Positions 53,550 to 63,714 of a stretch of 64,000 nucleotides of DNA are shown here, one piece after another. The position numbers and the translations under genes are program-made. This stretch comes from a virus (lineage: Duplodnaviria > Caudoviricetes): the IMG/VR virus record IMGVR_UViG_3300021295_000001; one strand, 5' to 3'. The notes below the pieces were generated by a model. The model was not told the origin of the DNA and searched no databases. It saw only the letters and a program-made list of their open reading frames with translations. How positions within the stretch are numbered: position 1 is the first letter of the stretch; each line of letters starts with the position of its first letter.

Positions 53550-56500
53550 ATGTCCGAAAGCGCAAAGTACTATGATTCTAATGGCAGGCGCCTGACGGAT
53601 GGGCAGGCCAAGTTTTTCTGGGATTCTGCCGTGAGGGACGGCCAAGGAAGGCTGTTGGTGTGCTATCATGGTTCCAACGAATCGTTTTCTGAGTTTGACC
53701 CGTCAAAAGCGTCAGGCGGTTTCTTCGGAAAGGGATTCTATTTCTCGAAAGAAGAGGAATATGCATCTGATTACGGAACATCGGTAGGCGCGTATTACCT
53801 GAACATAGAGAACCCATTCTATTATGATGAGTCGACCATGGAAGACGTCAGGAAAATCCTTGATTTGGAAATCAAAAAGGGAAAAATCGACGGTTACGAC
53901 GAAGAGGAGATGCCACGATTAGAACAAGAATGGTATGACAAAGGGTTGGACCTCATAGACGACGTCTTGGCGGAATTGGCTGGTGGTTACACGGGTGACA
54001 CGTTTTCGGAAGACATCATGCAACTTGGATATGATGGGATACTCGTCGACTACGGAAGGGAGATAATCGTGTTCAGCCCGAACCAGATTAAGCGCGTGGA
54101 CAACACAAACCCGACCGATTCCGATAGATTGGATGAGAAAACAACGCAAAACGTAATCTTTTTCGGCAATCCGACCAAGCGCAATGACATGCGCGCCACC
54201 GAATCATTTGACGAGGCTTACGAGCCGATGAAGACGGGCAAGGCATACAAGGTCTTCCGCGTGAAGAACGGGAAACTATATCCTCCCATGGTGGCCAACG
54301 CTGGCGGAAGGGACACGCCGATTGGGGTGTGGCTCGACGCAGAGGAAGGCGAGTTCGCTGGCCTTTCCAAGACTGGCAGACCCCAAGTCAAGTCGACTGG
54401 CTCTGGCACGCTCTCATACAGGCCTGGGTGGCACCTCGGCGATTTGCCACGCGCCCCTCAGTTCGACAGGACCAACAAGGAGACTGGCGAGAAGGAATTC
54501 CCGAGCGATTTCGTTTGGGCCGAGTGCGACTACGCCATGGACGTCGACTATCAGCCAGAGGCGGACGCCCGTGGGTACGAGAGGACCAAGATGGGCGACG
54601 ACGGCAAGGTCGTGACCTACAAGAGCGACAAATACCAACATTCCCTCGCGGGACTTCCGAAACTCCCAGCCAAGGGTTATTACAGATACAGGACCAACCC
54701 GAACCCCGAAACCGTGCCATGGGTCATAACTGGCTCGATAAGGGTGAACAGGTTGCTTTCCGACGACGAGGTGAACGCCATCCTGAAGGACAACGGAGTG
54801 GCCCCGATACACAGGCAGGGCGGTGACAAGACGCTCGCCGAACTCGGCCTTTCCGAATCCCTGTCCGAGGCATCTGGCTCGGGTCTTGACGAACAGGCGT
54901 CGCGACGCACGCTGACATCGAATGATTTCCTCGGTTGGGTCGAGGCGCTGTCCGACAAAGACGACATATCATATAACTCCCCCGATTCCATCGAATACTC
55001 GGACGTGTTGTTGCTGAGCCCCGAAGGGGACATGATTGACTGCGGGGAATACGACACCCACGAGTCTTTCGTGGACGCCGTGATGGAGACGAATGAGGCC
55101 AAGGAGGCCAAGGCGCGCGTCGTTTGGGACGGGAGAATAACCGATTACCTTTTGGAGAAACTCGGCTACATCACGCTTAACAGTGGCCAAGGATACGGCG
55201 ACGACAGGTTGAAGATAGTCATATGCAGAAAGCCGAGCGCTCAGCAAATCGACATCCTCAAGGAGTGGCTTGGAAACCATTTCGCGGACAACGGTCCCAC
55301 GTTGCATGTTTATACGCCAAACGACCATAAGGAATTCGACCCAACGTATTTCGACAAGGAAGACGTGACGAAAGGCATAATCAAGGCGTTTTCTTCTGGT
55401 AGAGGGGTGTTCACCGAGGCCACTGGCTCGCACCTGAAGGGCGAGTACGACTACGGCGACGTGCATTCGTACCTCGAATCCGAATTCGGGTTTTCGGACG
55501 ACATCCCCGAGGTCATGCCACAACTCATAGACAAAGACGGGCGCTTCTGCTCCATGAGCCCAAAATCCAAGCCGAACGCGCCCATGTTCCATGGGGAGAT
55601 ACTCCAAGCCATGGAGGACGACGGAATCGTGGCCACTGGCGATTCCCTTTTGGACAAGGTGAACCTAACCAACACCGACCTGTTCCAACGGCTCGGGTTC
55701 ATACGTTGCAACCGCGGGAGCGAGGGATACCACTACATGGCGTTGCCAGACGCCCCCACCGCGAACCAGATGAGGGCCCTCAAGAGGTACGTGCTCGATT
55801 CCTATTCCGACAGGCGCGCCCTGATTGAGATAAGCGGTCGTGGCGAATACGTGAACTTCATGGTCAACGACGACACCTATCCGATATGCGGGCACGTGGA
55901 CGACCTCATGAGGATGTTGGTCAGATACGCCAACGGCAGGCCCCTGAGGACGAAAACGGAGGCCAGGTTGTCCGAGGAATGGCTCGACGACGAGCACGGA
56001 ATCTGGATGACCGAGAGCCAATACGAGGTCGCCAACATGATGAGGAACTCCAAACACTCCCTCAGGATACTCTGGGACAGGAACCTCAAACTGTTCTTCG
56101 TGTGCGACGCGGACCTCTACATACACAGGGACATGATTGAGCAGGCCGTGGAGGACGGGCTGTACAACGGCGTCATAAGCCGTTGGGGTATAGACTCGTA
56201 CGTCGACGACTACGGCAGGAACGTGATATACTACATCTTCGCGCCGAAGGGCCTCGAGAAGGAGACCTACGGGGCGGACGTGAACGAGGACGGCTACGAG
56301 GGTAAATACATATACCCATTCGGGACCGTGACCACGCGTAGCGACGACAGGTACAAGTCCTCACCGCTCGCCAAGGCGCTCGGGAAGTACGAGGCCCATT
56401 ACGTGCAGGACGGGTGGGTCGACGATTACACGCCGAAGGTCGTACAGGTAGAGTCGATGCTCACCGAGGTGTATCCGAACGAGGGCGAATCGAAGAAGGA

Positions 56501-57506
56501 CTTCGTGTCCCGCTTCATGTCCGTTACCAAGGACGAATACCCAGACGTAAAACAGCGATACGCCGTGGCTCTTTCCTATTGGGACAGGGCCAAACGCAAA
56601 AACGAGTCGTTGCTCACCGAGAAGAAGCGCGGTGAACTCATAAGCCAGTCCAAGAAGGGCGCGGACTATTCGAAGAACAACCAATCCAAAGGCAGGAACA
56701 GGTGGGAGCGCAGGATGCATTCCCGCGTGGCGAACAGCGTCAGGGACTACGACAGGATAGACATGAACGCGCTTTGGAAGGCCGACATACTGGAGTTCGG
56801 CGTGAAGGTGCACGGCGAGACCGACGACTACGTGGTCACGATAACGTTCGAGAAGATACTCGACAACCTGAGGCAGGAGGTCCGCTCCAACGGCAACAAG
56901 ATGGAGTTCAAATGCGTGCTCAGGGCGCTAATGAGGTCGTTCAACGACGACGACGTCTTCATCAGTTGCTCCTGTCCCGACTGGAAATACAGGTTTTCCT
57001 ACCAAAGCACGATTGGGCGCTACAACAGCGGTCTGCCAGAACTCAGGCCGAGCGACATCACCAACCCCAACAACGACAAGGGCGCTGGGTGCAAGCACTC
57101 GTTGCTCGTCCTGTCCAACACGGACTGGATGGTCAAGATAGCGTCCGTCATAAACAACTACGCGAGGTACTGCCAGAAGAACATGCAGAAGAACTACGCG
57201 GACTACATATTCCCGAAGATTTACGGGATGCCCTACAAGAAGGCCGTGCAACTGTCCCTGTTCGACGACATGGACCCCGATAAGAGCGGTCTGTTGCCGA
57301 GCGACCAGAAGGCCCTGTCCGACGTCATAGAACTCGGCATGAGGGGCAAGGACGAGAAGGGGCGCTTCGAGAAGGGCAACGACTACAGGTTCGCGAAGAC
57401 CAAGCCCGAGGTTGGGACCGACCAAGAGGACGAGAACCCGCTCGAACTCAGATTCGACAACAACAGGCGCAAGACGCTCAGGGGACCAGAGGAGGAAGAA
57501 GGATGA
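53550..57506 (+). CDS. large polyvalent protein: ART-like domain, several cargo domains and C-terminal SWIM zinc finger
   Basis: YHGS..F..FD...GKGFYFS...YLNIENP..GYDGI....EIIVFSPNQIK; CSCPDW...CKH; TGCTAAATT at 53514. Confidence 0.8.
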   Translation: MSESAKYYDSNGRRLTDGQAKFFWDSAVRDGQGRLLVCYHGSNESFSEFDPSKASGGFFGKGFYFSKEEEYASDYGTSVGAYYLNIENPFYYDESTMEDVRKILDLEIKKGKIDGYDEEEMPRLEQEWYDKGLDLIDDVLAELAGGYTGDTFSEDIMQLGYDGILVDYGREIIVFSPNQIKRVDNTNPTDSDRLDEKTTQNVIFFGNPTKRNDMRATESFDEAYEPMKTGKAYKVFRVKNGKLYPPMVANAGGRDTPIGVWLDAEEGEFAGLSKTGRPQVKSTGSGTLSYRPGWHLGDLPRAPQFDRTNKETGEKEFPSDFVWAECDYAMDVDYQPEADARGYERTKMGDDGKVVTYKSDKYQHSLAGLPKLPAKGYYRYRTNPNPETVPWVITGSIRVNRLLSDDEVNAILKDNGVAPIHRQGGDKTLAELGLSESLSEASGSGLDEQASRRTLTSNDFLGWVEALSDKDDISYNSPDSIEYSDVLLLSPEGDMIDCGEYDTHESFVDAVMETNEAKEAKARVVWDGRITDYLLEKLGYITLNSGQGYGDDRLKIVICRKPSAQQIDILKEWLGNHFADNGPTLHVYTPNDHKEFDPTYFDKEDVTKGIIKAFSSGRGVFTEATGSHLKGEYDYGDVHSYLESEFGFSDDIPEVMPQLIDKDGRFCSMSPKSKPNAPMFHGEILQAMEDDGIVATGDSLLDKVNLTNTDLFQRLGFIRCNRGSEGYHYMALPDAPTANQMRALKRYVLDSYSDRRALIEISGRGEYVNFMVNDDTYPICGHVDDLMRMLVRYANGRPLRTKTEARLSEEWLDDEHGIWMTESQYEVANMMRNSKHSLRILWDRNLKLFFVCDADLYIHRDMIEQAVEDGLYNGVISRWGIDSYVDDYGRNVIYYIFAPKGLEKETYGADVNEDGYEGKYIYPFGTVTTRSDDRYKSSPLAKALGKYEAHYVQDGWVDDYTPKVVQVESMLTEVYPNEGESKKDFVSRFMSVTKDEYPDVKQRYAVALSYWDRAKRKNESLLTEKKRGELISQSKKGADYSKNNQSKGRNRWERRMHSRVANSVRDYDRIDMNALWKADILEFGVKVHGETDDYVVTITFEKILDNLRQEVRSNGNKMEFKCVLRALMRSFNDDDVFISCSCPDWKYRFSYQSTIGRYNSGLPELRPSDITNPNNDKGAGCKHSLLVLSNTDWMVKIASVINNYARYCQKNMQKNYADYIFPKIYGMPYKKAVQLSLFDDMDPDKSGLLPSDQKALSDVIELGMRGKDEKGRFEKGNDYRFAKTKPEVGTDQEDENPLELRFDNNRRKTLRGPEEEEG

Positions 57507-57871
57507 TTGACATAACCGACAACGGGATAGTATCCATCGTGGCGGGGGACACCGTCGAATTCGGCATAATGCTGAACGACGGCGACAAGATATTCCCCGA
57601 ATGGTACACGCTCAACGAGGGCGACGAACTGCTTTTCGGCATAATGGAGCCGAACGCGCCGTTCGAGCGCTCTTTGGTCAAGAAGACGCTCGGCGTCGAG
57701 GACGTCAACGTGTCTGGAGGGGTGACCGTGAGGCTCAACCACATGGACACCGCGCTCCTGCTCCCTGGGCTCTACTACTACGAGGTGAAACTCGTCAGGA
57801 TGCCCATCGGGGCGAACCAGCCGTACGTGGACACCGTGGTGCCCCGCAGAAGGCTTTACATCAACCACTGA
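57503..57871 (+). CDS. BppU-N-like baseplate adaptor
   Basis: GDT..F.I, V.L...DT..L.PG.YYYEVKL and VDTVVP pattern. Confidence 0.7.
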   Translation: MIDITDNGIVSIVAGDTVEFGIMLNDGDKIFPEWYTLNEGDELLFGIMEPNAPFERSLVKKTLGVEDVNVSGGVTVRLNHMDTALLLPGLYYYEVKLVRMPIGANQPYVDTVVPRRRLYINH

Positions 57872-57961
57872 TTCGGAACGGCGCCTATAAGGCGCTTTTC
57901 CTTCGCGTTCCGTTACGGCGTATGGGACAGTCCTTTGCTAAATTACACGAGTAAGGGATTT

Positions 57962-58495
57962 ATGATGATACTTAACGCTGTTGTGGAGATACCTGGATGG
58001 GCCATCACGCTCGTATCGGTGGCGGCCAGCGCCATCGTCTCTGGGTTCTTCGGGTTCATGATTAAGCACGGTCTTGAGAAGTACTTCCAGAAGCGCGACC
58101 AAGAGAAGGACGAGCAGAAAACGAAATTGAAGGAAGCGGAGCGGATAATGGGCGAGCAGGAGAACGAGAGGTTGGTCCAGACAATCGGCAAGATGATTGA
58201 CGACAAGGTGTCGCCGATGTCGAAGAAACTGGACGCGATAGGCGACGGCACATTGTCCTCTTTGAGGAACGACATACTGACGTGCTATTACAAATGCGTC
58301 GACAAGGGCTATAGGAACGACTACGACTACACGAACGTGCACGACATGTACGAATCCTATTACAACCTGAACGGGAACTCGTTCGTGGCGGACGTCATGA
58401 AGAGGTTCGACGAACTCCCGACCAAAGAGGACTGGGAGAAGAAGCACAAAAGGAAGAGGCAACCGCTCAGGGAAACGCAACCGAAGGCCAAGTGA
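57962..58495 (+). CDS. holin-like membrane protein
   Basis: N-terminal TM segment; LRNDI...Y....KGY...MYE.Y..LNGN motif; TGCTAAATT at 57936. Confidence 0.65.
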   Translation: MMILNAVVEIPGWAITLVSVAASAIVSGFFGFMIKHGLEKYFQKRDQEKDEQKTKLKEAERIMGEQENERLVQTIGKMIDDKVSPMSKKLDAIGDGTLSSLRNDILTCYYKCVDKGYRNDYDYTNVHDMYESYYNLNGNSFVADVMKRFDELPTKEDWEKKHKRKRQPLRETQPKAK

Positions 58496-58503
58496 GGTAA
58501 CGC

Positions 58504-61026
58504 ATGGAAGGATACGTATACGAGTTGAAGGGCGAACAGGGCAAGTCCAGGTTCGACGAACTCCAAGAACAGATAGACTCCCTCGACACGAGGGTCGACG
58601 CGTTGGAGGACGTCGTCGTAACTTTCGTCACGCTCGACACCGCGCAGACCATAACTGGCGACAAGGAGATAACTGGGAACGTACACATAGACGGCGCCCA
58701 AGGAAAAGCCATAACCCTCGGGCAATCCGCCGATAACCCCCGCGTGACCATAGACCAGTGGAGCGGTGTCGTCGGCTTCACCGACACGGAAGGCGGATTC
58801 AACGAATTCAATCCCTGCGACTCCGACTTCGGGGCGATACCATCGTTCGACAGGTTGGGGGTTTACGACCTGAACGCCAACGGTTTGTACTCTGGCGACT
58901 TAGAGGTCGCCGACAGCGCGACGATAGAGAACCTCCGCGTCAAAACAGTCAAGGCTGGCAACACCACGGTCAAGGGACAGAACGTATACAACTTCGAGGA
59001 ACCCTGCACGTTCAACTTCGGCATAACAAGCAGTGGTGAGACTGAGTATTATGGCGTCTTTAATACATATGACCCAGATTATGATGGCCCTCGGTTTAAT
59101 TTCCTTGCAATTGGCGGGTTAACAGTTGAAAGCAGGTTAACAGTTGAAAGCAATTTATATATTCCATCTACGATTCGCGCATATACGCCTAATGTAGGCA
59201 CATATACAATAACATTCCCCACGAAGAATGGCACGGTCGCTTTAACATCGGATTTGTATGATTATCTGCCTTTGACAGGTGGCACAATAGTATCTAGAAT
59301 TGCTGAGAATACTGATGAGAATGTCATTTCAAATCGTGAAATAACAATCAGAAGCAACGACCGCAATCACTATTCCACATTGGACAAAAATGGTGTGACT
59401 GTGTCTACACTTGGTTCATATGGTTCGACAAAAGTACAATTGGATGGCGTATTGACAACTTATGGTAGATTTGGAGAATCTGGTCATAAATACGCATCTA
59501 ATGGCATACACAAAATACTCAACAACGTTGAATTTACTTATACATTCCCATCGGAAAGCGGAATGCTCGCCTTAGGCGAACTGAAGACGACGTGGTCGGA
59601 ATTGAAAGCGTTGCGTGATGCAAGCAAGTTGGTGCCTGGAAGACAATACAGGATTACCGACTATGTCTGCACTACCGCTCAGGCAAACACCTCTTCCGCT
59701 GGGCATCAATTCGACATCATCGTTGTCGCTGACAGCGTAAACAAATTGAATGAGGTCGCACGCGCATGCCTTCACGAAGGCGATACGTATTTCGCCAACA
59801 GCAAACTGGAGGCATGGCAACTTTGGTATTGCTTGGACAACGACGACACTCGATTTGAATGGGCCGACACAAGTTACATTGAAATCGTCGGCACGATAGT
59901 GGCGAACGATGTTAGTTGGGACAGATATGAGGCTGGCGACTTCCCATCAGGCCGACATCCGTATGCGTGGAAATCCTCGGATGGAACAAGAGTCTACACC
60001 GATTCGACGACACCTTCCGTTTCAGACGAAGCATACACGTCAAGTTCCCCGAGTCCCAGTTACGCGATTACGGAAATCGTCATGGGAAACAAATACACAG
60101 GCAAAGGTGTAATTTACCATATGGTTGACGAGTTCGACAATGACGTTCCTTATGACTTTAAGAACATATTGTTTACGAAATCGGGTAAATATACAAATGC
60201 ATACACTTTTAGTTATACAGAAGACAGTGTGATTAAAGATGCTTCATTATCATTAAGTAATGGCTGTTATGGTAACAGTATGAAAGAATATCTTTTAGGC
60301 GGTAAACAACAACTTAATTTTAATGTATTTTATTCATCATCTGTTAGTGTCAGTTCTCTTATGTGTTATTGCAATACCTTTGGTTATGATTGCTACAACA
60401 ACACATTTAGAGAAGGTTGCTCTTGTAACACCTTCATCTCTAATTGCCGTAATAACATCTTCGGCGAGAGTTGCTCCTATAACACTTTTAATGGGAGTTG
60501 CTTTAACAACACCTTTGACAACGATTGCTTTAATAATATTTTCGATTCTTATTGCTCTAGCAATCTCTTTGGTCAGAATTGCACAAACAATACTTTCGGT
60601 GCTTATTGCACCAGCAATACATTCGGTGATGATTGCTTCGACAATACTTTCGGCTCTAGTTGCTCTAGTAACGTCTTTAGTAGTAATTGCCCTTACAACA
60701 CATTCGGTTGTAATTGCGACCATAATATCTTAGGTGATACTTGCTCCAACAACACCTTTGGCAATAATTGCACCTATAACACATTTGGAGAATCATCTTC
60801 GCCAATTAATTACTGTCGAGGCATTCTTTTAGACAATCTTTGTAGTTATTTAGAGATTATTTCTACCGACACTTCGGCGACATCAAGCAACTGGCTACAG
60901 AACATCCATATCCATCTCGGTGTGGCTGGTTCATCATCAGACCGCAAAACCATCACAATACCCGACCGCAATCTTCAATACACAACCGACGTCTACCCGA
61001 CAGGCTCAACGGAGATGTTCATATAA
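58504..61026 (+). CDS. tail fibre/spike with Cys-rich NTFG beta-helix repeats
   Basis: TLDTAQTITGDK, FP.K.GT.ALTSD, W.EL..LRD...LVPG..YRITDY and tandem 11-aa C..NTFG repeats. Confidence 0.8.
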   Translation: MEGYVYELKGEQGKSRFDELQEQIDSLDTRVDALEDVVVTFVTLDTAQTITGDKEITGNVHIDGAQGKAITLGQSADNPRVTIDQWSGVVGFTDTEGGFNEFNPCDSDFGAIPSFDRLGVYDLNANGLYSGDLEVADSATIENLRVKTVKAGNTTVKGQNVYNFEEPCTFNFGITSSGETEYYGVFNTYDPDYDGPRFNFLAIGGLTVESRLTVESNLYIPSTIRAYTPNVGTYTITFPTKNGTVALTSDLYDYLPLTGGTIVSRIAENTDENVISNREITIRSNDRNHYSTLDKNGVTVSTLGSYGSTKVQLDGVLTTYGRFGESGHKYASNGIHKILNNVEFTYTFPSESGMLALGELKTTWSELKALRDASKLVPGRQYRITDYVCTTAQANTSSAGHQFDIIVVADSVNKLNEVARACLHEGDTYFANSKLEAWQLWYCLDNDDTRFEWADTSYIEIVGTIVANDVSWDRYEAGDFPSGRHPYAWKSSDGTRVYTDSTTPSVSDEAYTSSSPSPSYAITEIVMGNKYTGKGVIYHMVDEFDNDVPYDFKNILFTKSGKYTNAYTFSYTEDSVIKDASLSLSNGCYGNSMKEYLLGGKQQLNFNVFYSSSVSVSSLMCYCNTFGYDCYNNTFREGCSCNTFISNCRNNIFGESCSYNTFNGSCFNNTFDNDCFNNIFDSYCSSNLFGQNCTNNTFGAYCTSNTFGDDCFDNTFGSSCSSNVFSSNCPYNTFGCNCDHNILGDTCSNNTFGNNCTYNTFGESSSPINYCRGILLDNLCSYLEIISTDTSATSSNWLQNIHIHLGVAGSSSDRKTITIPDRNLQYTTDVYPTGSTEMFI

Positions 61027-61041
61027 AGGAGGGGATGACAC

Positions 61042-61455
61042 ATGGCAGACAAAGTAATAAACGGTAGCCTGGACGTAACGGGCGAAATTTCCCAAAACGG
61101 CACCACGCTTGAGCCTGGGACGAAGTGGTATCGCCACCGCATCACGGTCGGGGATGCAAACGGTGGCCCCGTTGTCCTTGACGCGATTTCCACTTACCCC
61201 ACGCCTCTCACCACGTTCTCTCAATTTCGGGGGATGCTGTGGTGGCATTACCTTCCCATGAGCGAAACGCCCCATACCAATGAACATATATTGTTATACG
61301 TACCCGTCGGTGTTTACGTCGCGCCATATTCCACTGAAGATGAACAAGGGAATCGCAAAGACTACATTAGATATTATGGACCCACTGATAGCGAATTGCA
61401 GTTAATTGAACTCAACTCCAGCGACTTCCGCTCGGACTTAGTGACGGCCCTGTAG
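61042..61455 (+). CDS. small tail-fibre-associated protein
   Basis: AAGGAGG RBS; INGSLDVTG.I and K.YRH.I motifs. Confidence 0.65.
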   Translation: MADKVINGSLDVTGEISQNGTTLEPGTKWYRHRITVGDANGGPVVLDAISTYPTPLTTFSQFRGMLWWHYLPMSETPHTNEHILLYVPVGVYVAPYSTEDEQGNRKDYIRYYGPTDSELQLIELNSSDFRSDLVTAL

Positions 61456-61528
61456 CCAAAGGCATACGCATAAAGGCAACGTCATGCTTACGTTGCTAAA
61501 ATGATTAGGAGAAGGAGGCATTGAAAAG

Positions 61529-62056
61529 ATGTCAAAATACGTAGACACGCTAACAACATTCATAGACCGTCAGAGGACGCTTTATGGGCATAAGGCCGAG
61601 GAACAGCCCGTAGGCCCGCAACCCGTCATAACCATAGACGGCGTCGATTATTACCAGAAGACCGAATTCCACCTCGACCAGTTGGGCGAGCAGGGATACG
61701 GCGACATCTACGACCTCATATCTGGCGAGAGGACCGCGCACTTCCCGATGTCGGACCCCGATATAGGAGAAGACGCGCAGGAGCACAACAGCGTGCTCGT
61801 TTCGAAGGACGAGGTGTCGATGTGCATATTCAACGTCGGACGCTCCAAGGAGAAGTCACCAGCGCAGTTCATACTGGCGTCGGACAACCCCGAAATGGAG
61901 CCCAACTACGTGTCGCACGCATTCGAGTTGGTCGATTCCATAGAGGACGGTGACAGCACCCACATCTGCCTCCCGCAGTGCTCAGCCTTCTACGGCTGGC
62001 AGTCCGAGGACAGGAACACGTTCATAGCGTATTACAACCTCAAGGACGAGCAATAA
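61529..62056 (+). CDS. late hypothetical protein, paralog A
   Basis: TGCTAAAAT upstream; MSKYVDTLTTFIDRQRTLYG. Confidence 0.75.
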   Translation: MSKYVDTLTTFIDRQRTLYGHKAEEQPVGPQPVITIDGVDYYQKTEFHLDQLGEQGYGDIYDLISGERTAHFPMSDPDIGEDAQEHNSVLVSKDEVSMCIFNVGRSKEKSPAQFILASDNPEMEPNYVSHAFELVDSIEDGDSTHICLPQCSAFYGWQSEDRNTFIAYYNLKDEQ

Positions 62057-62094
62057 AAACCAAAGGCAATAAAACATCATAAAGGAGAATCAAA

Positions 62095-62673
62095 ATGGCC
62101 AAATACGTAGACACACTCATCACCTTCATCGACAGGCAAAGGACCCTTTACGGTCTCAAAAAAGAGGAAGAGCCAGTCGGACCCGTTCCCGTCATAACCA
62201 TCGACGGGGTCGATTACTTCAACAAATGCGAATTCGACCTCACTGCGTTGCAGGGACAGTCAGCGGGACGCTTCTACGATATTCTGAGTGGTGAAGGAAT
62301 TCTGGTACCTCCCTCCATTTCGGATATATCGGAGGCAGCGATTATGGCGAAGACATTCCCCGTCGAGCAAGGTAATGGGAAGGTACGCTCCATCGTTTAC
62401 GGCCCTGGGGACGGGGCGGAGAGCGAATACGGCAGTATCCTCGACATCGTCATAGCGTCGGAGGTCCCTGGCCAGTTCCCCGTCAATTACCAGTCCAGGG
62501 CGTTCACTTGCGTGGACACTTGGGCGGAAGCGGACGCCACGAGCAAGATATTCCTCCCCACCTGCTCCGCGTTCTATGGCATGCTATCCGAGGACGGCAA
62601 GACATTCACCGCGTACTTCAACCTGAAGGAAGAACAGGAACAAGAGCCTCAGTCTGGGGGAATCTCGTTATAG
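62095..62673 (+). CDS. late hypothetical protein, paralog B
   Basis: MAKYVDTLITFIDRQRTLYG; shared LP.CSAFYG tail. Confidence 0.75.
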   Translation: MAKYVDTLITFIDRQRTLYGLKKEEEPVGPVPVITIDGVDYFNKCEFDLTALQGQSAGRFYDILSGEGILVPPSISDISEAAIMAKTFPVEQGNGKVRSIVYGPGDGAESEYGSILDIVIASEVPGQFPVNYQSRAFTCVDTWAEADATSKIFLPTCSAFYGMLSEDGKTFTAYFNLKEEQEQEPQSGGISL

Positions 62674-62748
62674 CAAAAACCCGAATAACGGGAAGGGACA
62701 CAACGGTCCGAAAGGGCCGTTTTCCTTTCCTTGTGTATAATAACGTAG

Positions 62749-63714
62749 ATGATTGTTTTCAACGTTTTCTCTAACCGCAAGCGCATAGGCGAAATCCCAG
62801 AGGTAGACGTCCTGATATGGACGGCGTCGCTCCTAAGGTACCGCTCGTTCGGGTACAGGACCAAACTCTACTGCACGAGGAAGGACATACCGTTCCTCGA
62901 CAAATGGGGCCTCAGGAGGCTGTACGACGTGATAGACGACGACACGCTTTCCGCAATCGGGCCGTTGGGGATAGACGAATCGAAATTCTGGTCGACTGGC
63001 AAGTTGACGGCCGTGAACTACCAAAAACACGACGTTTGGGAACAGGCGGTGTATTCCGACGTGGACGTGCTGATGAGGAAGCCGTTCGACCTGTCCCACG
63101 ACTGCTTGGTCTGGTCGCCAGAGGGGAAGGACGATGACGACGGGGGCATATACGTCCCGTGGGATGCCCTCAGCGTCCCAGACGGCTACGCGATGCCAGA
63201 GCACATAAGGGCGACGGACGACGCCTACAACTGCGGTGTGCTGTGGTTCGGCGGTGACAAGGGGCGCCAAGCGGTGGGCGATTGGTTCCGCGACTACGAG
63301 GACTTCGCCACGCTCAACCCGTGCGAGATAGTCGGTGGCGAGGACGTGGCCGATTTGCGCACCAACGACGCCGTGTGGGCCTGCAACGCCGAGCAGAGGT
63401 TCCTGAAGGCCACGCTGGACCGCGAAGGCTTGGACGTTGGGTTCGTGATGCCCGAGAAGGGCAACGGTCTGTCCGCTGACGGGGACCACTATTACTACTA
63501 CAGGGTCGTGTGGAGGTTCTTCAAGGAGAGCGGGCTCGCGATGAACTCCGACGCGTTGCGCGTGCTCAACGCGACGGTCAAGGAATGCTTGGAGACGATA
63601 AGGGACGCGGAACCAGGGCTGTACGAGTTCTGGCAGACCGTGCCGTGGGCGAGGAACTTCCTTGACGTGGTGGATTTGGGGCAAGGCCTGTTCCCGATTT
63701 CTTCCTATGTATGA
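62749..63714 (+). CDS. glycosyltransferase-like (GT-A DxD) protein
   Basis: FWS.GKL, YSDVDV and YNCGV..EQ motifs; possibly leaderless (TATAAT at 62736). Confidence 0.6.
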   Translation: MIVFNVFSNRKRIGEIPEVDVLIWTASLLRYRSFGYRTKLYCTRKDIPFLDKWGLRRLYDVIDDDTLSAIGPLGIDESKFWSTGKLTAVNYQKHDVWEQAVYSDVDVLMRKPFDLSHDCLVWSPEGKDDDDGGIYVPWDALSVPDGYAMPEHIRATDDAYNCGVLWFGGDKGRQAVGDWFRDYEDFATLNPCEIVGGEDVADLRTNDAVWACNAEQRFLKATLDREGLDVGFVMPEKGNGLSADGDHYYYYRVVWRFFKESGLAMNSDALRVLNATVKECLETIRDAEPGLYEFWQTVPWARNFLDVVDLGQGLFPISSYV

